Positions 53,780 to 64,000 of a stretch of DNA of 64,000 nucleotides are shown piece after piece. A program made the position numbers and the translations under genes. The stretch's first letter is position 1, and every line of letters begins with the position of its first letter. Under the pieces are notes generated by a model. The model searched no databases. It had not been told where the DNA came from and worked only from the letters and a program-made list of their open reading frames with translations. The stretch is taken from the NCBI GenBank assembly GCA_951406725.2, contig OX597831.1, positions 47,988,001 to 48,052,000 on the forward strand, written 5' to 3'. The DNA comes from Octopus vulgaris. Taxonomy: Eukaryota.

Positions 53780-54470
53780 GACTAAATATTTTCAAAAGAT
53801 TTGGGCATTATTTTTTGATACAAGCTAATATTGATTAGCAACCATTGACTATTATCAGCCAATATAGATAGGGAAGTTGTGATTGCTAGTAGTAGCGTAT
53901 TGATGTAAGAGTGTGATTGATAAGATATCAATGTTGTAGTTACAATGACCTGAAGTATTTCGATATAAGATTGGTGAAGTATTGGCAAACAATGGGGGAA
54001 TTATTCAGCAGCGATTGAGTTAAACGCTTTTTTACAAAGACAAAACGTTGCCGACAGAAATTTAATCATATATAGATGGAATATTAGCAGCATTGAGGAT
54101 TATCAATGCTCTACTAATATTCTATAAACAGGATAGATATAATGCATGGTTTAATGAACTCATTGTTAAAGGATGAAGAAGCCTGGAGAGCGTTTGTATA
54201 GCACATGTTTTATGAATATAAAAAGGAAAATAGAAATGTTGTTTGAATAATTGAAGCATGAGTGAGAAATTAGAATTACTTGACACTGCTGGAGACGTGA
54301 TTGCAAACTTTGCAGCAATGTTTGATGTGTGTTTGGTAAATAATCCTCTCAAACTGGTATTTGATTGATTTTTATCCAGTGTTTGGTGTTGGGGAATTGG
54401 AAACAAAGAATATATGACCCACAGGAAGTAAAGTTCAGAGAAGTAATAAAGAATAGAGAGCTATCTCATG
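53780..54470 (-). mobile_element. Heavily decayed LINE reverse-transcriptase remnant (CR1/L2-like)
   Basis: SYINTLLLAITTSLSILADNS resembles YINDL.....S..FADD; KTCAIQTLSRLL resembles LK.CA..L...L. Confidence 0.4.
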
Positions 54471-54769
54471 AGATGTGATAATATAGATACATTCAAGCTG
54501 TGATGGCAAGTAAAATCTGACATGAAATAAATAGTGATATTGTTGTGTAATTAGCAGATCAGTTGAAACGGACATTTTGGTTAATTGTGGTTTCACTGTT
54601 GATATTATGGATAGCTGTTTTGTCTGTTCTTTCTTTAATGGAATAGTGGAAAAGTTATAACAGTCTGTCTCAGAACCATTTCATTTATCTTGACGTGCTG
54701 ATGCCAATGTTTTGTCTTATTAAAGGAATATCCAATGCAAAGTAAAATAACAAATGCATGGCTGTATCT

Positions 54770-55300
54770 TTTATCTTTTACTTGTTTCAGTCATATGACT
54801 GTGCCATGCTGGGGCACTGCCTTGAAAGATTTTAGTCGAACAAATCAACACCAGGACTTACTTTTTTTAAAAGCTTATTACTTATTCTATCAGTCTCCTT
54901 TTTGCTAAACTGCTAAGTCATGTGTATGTAAAAACACCAGTACTGGTTGTCAAGCAGTGATAGGGGACAAACACAGACACACAGACACACACACACACAC
55001 GCACTTATATGACAGCCTTGTCTCAGTTTCTGTCTACCAAATCCACTCACAAGGCTTTAGTGGGATGTACTCCATAGCACTAGTGTAGCTGGGGGGTGGT
55101 AGGGGCGGTCTGTCCCTGGGTGGCACTTTTAAAGGGGCGGTATATAGGGAATATGTGCTTTTTGTGGGGTCCGGTGGCAACAAACAAAAGGGCCTCCTCA
55201 GACGGCACATACAAGATACTTGCCAAGGTGTCACACAGTGCACTGAACCTGGGACCATGTGGTTGGGAAGCAAGCCTCTTACCATACAGCCATGACTGTA
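54770..55300 (-). mobile_element. SINE family B interrupted at 55059-55212
   Basis: ...aaatccactcacaaggcttt | insert | aagatacttgccaaggtg... Confidence 0.85.
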
Positions 55301-55480
55301 TCATTAAGAAGTTTGCTATCCAACAATGTGGTTGTGAGGTTCAATCCCACTGCTTGGTACTTCGAATAAGTGGCTTCTCTTATAGCCATATGTAGATTTC
55401 AGTTTTATTTCTGATGACATGGTTTATTAAGATGGAGACACACACACTCATACACAGAGATCAAGATGCTCGTTACAGAA

Positions 55481-55640
55481 CACTAGCATAGCTAAAGTAT
55501 GTGCCGTCTGAGCGGTCCTTTTGTCTGTTGCCCCAGGACCCCACAAAAAGCACATTCCCTACAGCAGACCCAGAAGTACCGCCCCTTTAAAAGTACCACC
55601 CAGGGCAGACCGCCCCTACCACCCCCCAGCTACACTAGTG
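55481..55640. mobile_element. GC-rich MITE
   Basis: TIRs cactagcatagct / agctacactagtg. Confidence 0.75.
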
Positions 55641-56579
55641 CTTTGGAGTACATTCCACTAAAGACACTTAAAGTGCCAAGTGATAGTGTTAAACTGTGAG
55701 ATGGATTATCTCTTCCACCCAGTTAGGCCATGCTGGGATTTTAACACAGAAATCAAGGTACCCAACCTGATATTCTGGAAATTTCAGCAATCTGCAGACG
55801 TGGATTGGTATTTTTTTTTTATCAGCTCCTTCCCCACCCAAAAGCATGAAAAGTAAAATTGACTGTGGTAAGATTTGAACTCAGAGAATAGAGAATCAGA
55901 ACAAATGCTGCAAGGCATTCTATATGTCTGATTCTATAACTCAGCTAGTTTGTTGCCTGATACCAATTTATTGTATAAGTATGGGTAAAAAATAAACATA
56001 GGTACAGGTGTGGATGCGTGGTAAGATGCTTGCTTCCCAACCATATGATTCTGGGTTCAGTTCCACTGCATGGCACCTTGGGCAAACGTCTTCTACTATA
56101 GCTTTGGACTGACCAAAGCCTTGTGAGTGGGTTTGGTAGATGGAAACTGAAAGAAGCCCATTGTATATATACATATATATATTTTCATAAACAAATAAAT
56201 ATTCAAAGAAAATTTATATAGATATTATTATTAATTATCATTATTAGTAAAATAAATAGCAATACTAATATAAGTGGCCAGCAAGCAAAAAGTTGATAAA
56301 CTGGCAAATTCAAAATTTTATAATTAATTTATAATTATAACTGAGAATACACAAGCAATTACTGTAAAAATCAGAGTTGAAAAATCCTCTAATAAACCAC
56401 ATTGGTACTAGTGCTGGTGCTGCATGAATGCACCCAGCACACTCTGTAAAGTGGTTGGCATTAGGAAGGCTGTCCAGCTATAGAAACCATACCAAAACAG
56501 AGTCTGGATAGGTCCCCGGCTGGCCAGCTCCTGTTTAACTATCTAACCTATGCCAGTATAGGAAATGGACGTTAAACGA

Positions 56580-56810
56580 TGGTGGTGGTGGTGATGATGA
56601 TGATGATGATGATGATGATGCCGACGCCGACGACACCGACGCCACTGATGATATGATGATGATGATGATATGACGACGATACGACGATCACGACAATGAT
56701 ATGACGATGACGACAATGATATGACGATGACGACAATACAACGACGATGACAATACAACGACGATGACGATGCGACGGCAACGACGATACGACGACGACG
56801 ATGATGATGA
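56580..56810. repeat. (GAT/GAC)-derived minisatellite at a family D tail
   Basis: gacgatgacgacaat-type units. Confidence 0.85.
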
Positions 56811-57696
56811 TTTACTTTTTTTTTTTTATTTTGACTCATTACATAATGAAACTCACAACAATATAGATGTAAAAAAAATCAAAAGAAAAATGAAAAAATC
56901 TATGAAAATATAGGAAACAAAAAAACACCTGTTGTTCTACTGTACAATAATCACATACTTAAGCAATTTCATAATTCCAGCTTCCAGAAAAGAAATAGTA
57001 AGATGATCCACAGGAGTGTCATGTAGGTCTTGCAATAATAGCATCATAATCCTCTTGGGGTTGTGTGGGAGCCAAGGTGTTAAACCTTTATGTGAGACAT
57101 ATTTTTCAACCGTTATTAATACTATTAGTTCACGTACAATGTACCAGCACACACACACACACACATGTACGAAACTGAATGTGTCAACATGCAAATTTTC
57201 ACATGTGAACAGTTCTCCACGACTAATATTGATTGCTATGTTAACAGCTCCAAACTGTGACATGACTTAACCGTTACCTCTGAGTGTACATTATTAGATT
57301 TGAAAACAAAATTACATGTAGATTATGTCATGATACTACAAGAACAGAATTTATTGTAAAGAAAATCAGTTTCTCTTAATGAGTATTTAACATATTTATG
57401 CAGACAACTTCTTGTGACGAACACAAGATGTAAGTCAATTGTTACCACTCACCTTTGATTCTTGTTTTTGTCACTTTCCTATTATTCTGTCATGCACCTG
57501 TGCTATATCCTAATATGATTGACTAACCCTGGTCTGTACGTTGCTGTTTTTAGAATAGCAATCATTATAATTTCATGATAAAAACCAGAAAAATTTAGTT
57601 TCCTATTATGATCTCCTTGGAACAACCCCCTGGCATGCAGGGCTCCCGTTGAACTCTCCAACACATGCCAACATGTGAAATGGATGTTAAATGGTG

Positions 57697-57700
57697 ATAC

Positions 57701-57744
<44 letters not shown>

Positions 57745-57863
57745 GTGATGGTGATGATGATGATGATGATGATGATTGTAGTGGTGGTGGTGGTGATGAT
57801 GATGATGGTGATGATGATGGTGATGGTGATGATGGTGATGATGGTGATGATGATGATGATGAT
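57697..57863. repeat. (GAT/GGT)n microsatellite
   Basis: direct inspection. Confidence 0.95.
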
Positions 57864-58782
57864 CACAGTATTGAGTAAACTTAACCCTTACAGTGCTAAT
57901 TAAATTTTTGCATACAAATGTGCAGATATTGAAGTAATTTCTTAAAATTGGCTTCTTGTAACCTCTATTGGATAGCAGAAATTAAATACCAGTAAAAATA
58001 AAATGTGTATACTACACCATATGAAATATGGAGAATTCTGTAAAGCAACCCAGTATTAAAAATGAGCTAATTTGGTTTTGGTGTCTCAGGTACACAAACC
58101 TGGAACTGAGTCTATTTGGTTTCCATGTGATGAGGGTTAATATTTAATATTTATTGGCAATTTATTGTCATTAGCGAATGTGTAACACGCGCCTACCACA
58201 CACAGCATATACACGCCTGGGGTTTATCCCTGTCACGGTATCGTGTATGACGCAACGTTTGAAATTAACAAAATATTTGAAATATTTAATCAATTTATGT
58301 GCCATTCATTATTTTTAACATTTCAAAAACACAAAAAAAGAAAAATATTAAAAAAAAAAAAATAATAATAAAAATCAGATATTTCTTGGTTTATCTGCCC
58401 AGAGAGGTATAACCTGTGAATACTGAGATCACCTGTTTGTTCTGTCTATCAACATGTGATGAAATATTGAATAATAACTACTCTGCAATATGTTGCTTTT
58501 TACAATTTAATTTGAACAGTTTCATATTTCATATTTAATCTTCTGTTCATGAAGTGTTTGTATTCTGCAATTTGTTATTAAATCTGTGAAATAGAAATGG
58601 ATGTTAAATCAAGCTTTCTAGCTCGTTTTCTTTCTTTTTTCTTTGTTTCAATATGATTTGATTGATGGCTATTACAGATGGCAGTTTTGAATTTCTGCAA
58701 TCTCTTTTATTTGGAATTTAAGTTCCTTATGTTTGTTTCGAATAATAATCCATTTCTTGGCATGTAGTCTGAATCTTATCTA

Positions 58783-58830
<48 letters not shown>

Positions 58831-59499
58831 AAGAATTTGAATATCATGTTTTGTAAACAATGAAAGGACATATTGTAGAATGTAGTCTTAACCACTGGCT
58901 TACAGCATTCACAATGGTGTGATTGACAAGGGAGTGTCTGTGTACTTTGTGTGGAACAAATATAACAAGGCATTTTTATTCAAATTCACTTGTATGATTG
59001 GTTTTCTGCCCATTGAGCAATCTTCTCTAATAAACTTCAATGAAATATATTCATACGTACACATGAACACACAGCCGCATGCATACATACACCCCTACAC
59101 ATACACCCACACAAACAGACATACACACACATACACACACATACACCTGCACCCCAACACCCACACACATAAAATCCCCATACATGTACCCACAACCACA
59201 TGCAGATACACTCCACTTCACACACACACACACACACATGAAGAACTCATGTACAGTTTCCATTTACAAAATTCCTTTCATGTAATATCCTGACCTGCTA
59301 AAGATATTACGTAAATTCCTTTCAAATCACATGCTGCAGTATTAAATAAAAAAAGGCATATATACTGACCAATGTAATCCATGATATATGAAAAGACACA
59401 ACGATTGTGGTTAGAATGCTTTGAACACTGCAGAAAGAGGGCTGACCTGGAGTCAAACAATAACAACCAGATTAGCCATTCCAAAATTTCTGGACATGG

Positions 59500-59815
59500 T
59501 GGTGTAGCGATGTGGTATGAAGCTTACTTCTCCCCCACATAGCTTTGGATTCAGCTCCACTATGTGACACCTTGGGCAAGTATCTTCTACTATAGCCCCA
59601 AGCCTACCAATGTCTTATGAGTGAATTTATTTGTCAGAAACTGAAAGAAACATCTATGTGAGTGTCCATAATGGTTTGTTTACCTCCCCCATAACTTTGC
59701 AGTTCAGCAAAAGAATTGATAAAATAAGTACAGGGGTCAAATTGTTCAACTAAACCCTTCAAGGCGATGCCCCAGTATGGCCACAGTCAAATGGCTGGAA
59801 CAAGTAAAAGATAAA
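59500..59815 (+). mobile_element. SINE family B, old copy
   Basis: gacaccttgggcaagtatcttctactatagcc core and tail. Confidence 0.8.
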
Positions 59816-59887
59816 ACCTCTTTCATTATGATAACATTTTAGATATATTTAGGTAAATAAATTTGAACTTAGAATTACTTTACTTTC

Positions 59888-60158
59888 ATGTGAAGGCATG
59901 TGGCATAGTGGTCAGGCTGTTGCACTCATGATTGCTAAATCATGGGTTCGATTCCTTGCCTGGGCAGTGCCTCATGTTCTTGAGCAAAACACTTCATTGC
60001 ATATTGCTCCAGTTCCCTTTTGATCAGTGGGGATTGTTCACCTGATCACCTAGCCAGTGGGGTGGTACCATTTGAAGGCTAAAACAATGCAAAATCGCAT
60101 TGTGACCAGCGATGTGTAACAACATCTAATAGCCTGGTCGTTCACGTGGCCACGTGTG
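59888..60158 (+). mobile_element. SINE family E
   Basis: atgtgaaggcatgtggcatagtgg..gggttcgattcc..cttgagcaaaacactt; tail shared with 30915-31005. Confidence 0.82.
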
Positions 60159-60821
60159 ATTTAGCATGCATCTTTGAAATGTTGGAATGGTTTAAATTAT
60201 GCCTGTGGTGTAAATAAATCTCTCAAACACCAGTGTCTATAAGACATATTGAAAGAATATTTTAATCTCACAAAAATTCAACAAAGCTTTCTAATCATAA
60301 CTATAGTCTAACATGACAAATGATGATAACTGACATATTCATTCTCAATATATTCCTGCAGGTTCAAGCATGAATATGCTCATCATTGTCGTATGTTGTT
60401 ATTGGAGGACAACTTCCTTCAGATGAATGTATGTCCACATTTCATTCATTAACACATTTCATTCATTAACATAAAAGAACTTTGGACACCCAGTGTTTCA
60501 GAATTGTTAGGTCTCATCAGTTGAAGGCACCCCAGACTAATGAATCTCAGAGACTGAGGCTTTTATCTATAATTTCAGCAAACAAATCATTTACTTGTAT
60601 TTGCTGATGCCTGCCAACTAATAATAAATCATGCTGTTCGTGCTCTTCACAGTGCATTTGGTTATTTGTTCAGGTTTTAAATAATTTATACCTATCTATA
60701 AATACCTTTAACTCATATTTCCACCTGTTGCCACCCTAGTTGTGTCCAACTTCCTCTTGAGCCCATACTAATTCCTATGACCAATCTTTCCTTCCCAGAA
60801 CATCAGCCATCTGGTGTTGAT

Positions 60822-61010
60822 TTAGTTTACTTACTTAATCTTTTTGCTCCCAATGAGACATAGGACATCAATTACCTTTCTCCTCTGTTCTCAACCCTGG
60901 ATTGTCTTCTTTGCTTCTCTCCAGTTGAATTCCTGCTTCCTGTAGATTCCCTGTCAAATTTTACAGTGCTATGTCATATATTTCTCTAGAAAAAAGCCTT
61001 CCTCCCCAAA
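60822..61010 (-). mobile_element. RTE-like LINE 3' end
   Basis: minus translation NWREAKKTIQG*EQRRKVIDVLCLIGSKKIK with a (TAAG)n tail. Confidence 0.5.
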
Positions 61011-61042
61011 GTCTCATTGTTTGTGAAATGTCAACAATACTA

Positions 61043-61267
61043 TTGGGTTGTCCAGAAAGTTCGGGCTGATTTTTAAAGGAAAGAAAAAGGTTTATAAATA
61101 CTTGCCATTACATTTTTAATCAACCAAATATGAACCATTTTGTTGCACAATGTGTCTCCATCTTTCCTTTAACTTGAAAATACCCTCTTCCCAGAATTGA
61201 GGTGCCTGGGAGGGTAAGTCGAAAGGTAAGCTACTATAAATTGGCACGAACTTTCCAGACATTCCAA
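61043..61267 (-). mobile_element. Mariner deletion derivative (MITE)
   Basis: TA-ttgggttgtccagaaagttcg / cgaactttccagacattccaa-TA; retains transposase C-terminus PQFWEEGIFKLKERWRHIVQQNGSYLVD*. Confidence 0.9.
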
Positions 61268-61579
61268 TATTATAATTTTGCTTTTTTCTAGTTAGAACTT
61301 TTGGCCTTACACAGACCTAGTCTATGTAATGATGTCTTTAAGAAGAGGTAATCCATATTAAGTTTAACCTCTATCCTTTGACCTGTCCAGTATAGGAATG
61401 TCTATAAGGAGCTTCTGCTCCACTGCCATAGCTTTCAGTGTTATTGAGCCATACAAACCACCACATGGGAATAAGGACTGGACCTTTACTGTCTTTAATA
61501 GTATAATGTCTAACACTACATTAGATAATGTAGTGTCTGTGAAACACAATGCCTAAAACAAAGGTAATGTTATCTATTC

Positions 61580-61817
61580 CAGTCATATCGACTCATAAGG
61601 GTCAGTTTTCTGGTTTCATGATGCGGATAAATTCCCCACCTGGATGGTACACCAGTCTGTCACAGGGTTACTCATTTTTTGCCAGCTGAGTGGACAGGAA
61701 TAACATGAAATGAAGTGTTCTGCTCAAAAATGCTACGTGTTGCCCAGTCCAAGAATTAAAACCTCAGTCTCAGAGCCATGAGTCCAACACCATAACCACT
61801 AAGCCATATGCCTCCAC
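61580..61817 (-). mobile_element. SINE, family E core with family C-type tail
   Basis: homologous to 42530-42780. Confidence 0.75.
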
Positions 61818-62954
61818 AAACACAATGGCTGAGAAACAAAGAAGGGATGGTCATGGCTTGGACACTTTTTATCAAGTCAACTGGAGCTGGGTGGGAATCA
61901 GTAAACAATGACATGATTTATCACACAATTTATGAAAGCAAAGTTGTTGTCGTCAGTTTTATGTAAAAAAGGATATGTTATATTTGCTATGAAAAGAAAT
62001 TATATAGAAAAGATTAAGCAATATATATTCATTGTTTAGCCTTTCCCCAGCCATATGCTTCCCTACTACCCTCTCACTCTTGGCTTCTGTACTTAACAGT
62101 TATTTTTATCTCTCACTTTTTCACTATTTGCATATTTTTTCAACAGCTCCAAACATTATTCTTAACAGTGGAATAATATCCATAACTATCTTCACCTGAC
62201 ATCTATTTTTTTAAATCTTGCTATTGTAATCATCATCTGTATTTTTCTTGACCTAAATCTTCTCTTGTATTATTCTTCCTTATCTTAATTTCATTTTCTT
62301 TTCTATTCTTCATTTCCCAAATTTCCAGTTGCAGTTCTTCCTTCTCCTTTTTCTTATTCCTATCCTTTCTTAATTCCTTCTGTCACGAACAACACTGCTG
62401 CCCAATCTCACCCTTGCCAAACATCCTCCTGCTTATATCCAGCATCTACATCACCTAGTCAATCCTACTAATTCAAAACTGAAGCATTTTTTACTCAGTT
62501 ATCATTTAAATATCTTTAAACTTTTCCACCTTTGCTATTCACGCTCATCTAGCCAGCCATCTCCATCTTCCTTCATAAAGCTCTTTCACTCTTAGACCTC
62601 TACTCTACATAGTTATCTTAATGTTTGCTTTTCATTCAATATCAATACATTTTTATACCTGCAACTACTACCTTCACCCTATCTCTAGTTGTTTTTCAAT
62701 CTTACTTTTGCTTTCTTCGTCCATATCATTTAAATTTTGTAATTATTATTTTTATTTCTATAAGTTTTGTACTTTTTCCTGGTTCCATTTATCAGTTTTA
62801 CAATTTTTTTTCAAATATTCTTATTTTCATTTGTAATATCATTACTAAGATAATTATCAGTATCCTTATCATTGTTTTCTGTTCTTTTCTCTGTCCCATC
62901 TCTTTGTTTATAATATATATATATATATATACACACACACATCCAAATGTATTT

Positions 62955-63300
62955 GTTGCCAGGCCTGCCTTACTGGCTCTGGTTCCAGTGGCACATAAAA
63001 AGCACCAACCGATCATGACAGATACCAATACCCACTTACTGGCTCCTGTGCTGGTGGCATGTAAAGAGCACCATCTAAACATGATCATTGCCAGGCCCGC
63101 CTTACTGGCCCCTGTGCTGGTGGCATGTAGAAAGCACCCACTACACTCAGAATGGTTGGTGTTAGGAAGGGCATCCAGCTGTAGAATATCTGCCAGATCA
63201 GATTGGTGCCTGGTGCAGCAGCTGGCTCTCCAGACCTCAGTCAAACCGTTCAACTCATGCCAACATGGAAAATGGACGTTAATTGATGATGATGATGATG
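62955..63300 (+). mobile_element. Family D retroposon, 3-4 array units
   Basis: ttactggc..gtggcatgtaaa.agcacc units, conserved 3' end and (GAT)n. Confidence 0.85.
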
Positions 63301-63319
63301 AGGAGGAGGAGGAGGATAT

Positions 63320-63725
63320 CCAAGGTGTGATTTTTCCCCCCTAAAACAAATGCCACATGGGCAAAATCTTTGAGTAGGAGATAGTGCCACACATTTTGTA
63401 CAGGTGAGAAAATTTTCATGACAGCAGGCCACATCAATTTCCAATTGTTATGCCTAAGGTATAAATACATAGTGTGCATTCGTTGGATTTTCACTAAATG
63501 TATCAAGCAGAGATATTCCATCAAGTTTTGCCAGAAGCTTGGTGATACTCAAGCTAAAACCATCCAGAAGATTCAGCAGGCCTTTGGCAATGATGCCACG
63601 GGCAAAACTCAGATCAAGGAGTGGTACAACTCCTTCAAACATGGCTGTACCTTAATAGAGAGAAAGGTATGCTCATGTAGGCTATTCACAAGCTGAAACA
63701 AAGAGCTGATTGAGAAGGTTTGGCA
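63320..63725 (+). mobile_element. Mariner transposase N-terminal (HTH) remnant
   Basis: IKQRYSIKFCQKLGDTQAKTIQKIQQAFGNDATGKTQIKEWYNSFKHG matches the EQR..IKFC..LG....ET...L..A.G......V..W...FK.G pattern. Confidence 0.82.
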
Positions 63726-64000
63726 TATATGCAGTCGTGTGCATGCACGTGTGTGTAAATGTACACACACAAACAAACACATTCTGAACAAAATCTAATA
63801 TAGAATAAAAGGATGATTCCTAATCTTTTACCTCAAGAGACAACTTCTATAGTGCTGGTTGCATGCCAAAATGCACTCATACTGGCATTGAAAATGGAGG
63901 TGTGCATGCATGCATCTACATGTGTCTGTTTGGATATATACGAACCCACACACATATAGTGATTTAAGAATCCAGAAGTCCTAAAAAAATATGCACTCAT

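Noticed and set aside
57452-57544. Minus-strand exon candidate ending AAG|GTGAGT
   Set aside because: Poor polypyrimidine tract and stops in all frames; at most non-coding.
62625-63344. 239-aa ORF
   Set aside because: A T-rich low-complexity stretch fused to a family D repeat; not a plausible protein.

Overview
AT-rich, repeat-saturated animal genomic DNA (intronic or intergenic), most likely from an octopus or other coleoid cephalopod. That assignment is inferred from the repeat landscape: several tRNA-headed SINE families, dense (TA)n/(AAT)n/(GAT)n/(GATA)n microsatellites, and Dong/R4-like LINE ends sitting in (TAA)n. No confidently intact protein-coding gene is visible, and almost all ORF-track entries are microsatellite or SINE artefacts. 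The window holds dozens of SINE copies (labelled A, B, C/E here) and a 3'-anchored retroposon family (D) carrying an internal array of ~64-bp hairpin units. It also has decayed LINE fragments (CRE-like, R4/Dong, CR1/L2-like, RTE-like, Hero-like), DNA-transposon relics (mariner, maT-like, pogo/Tigger, hAT, piggyBac-like MITEs) and one complete non-autonomous Helitron. The most interesting signals are: (1) a set of minimal type-I hammerhead-ribozyme motifs of the Penelope-like-element kind, with self-complementary stem III, some in fold-back elements; (2) the hairpin-unit array in family D; (3) a locally templated inverted insertion at 55.06-55.66 kb; (4) modular head/core/tail shuffling among the SINEs; (5) a weak candidate terminal exon encoding a GPI-signal-like peptide. 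Family names come from motif recognition by eye, and no database search was run.
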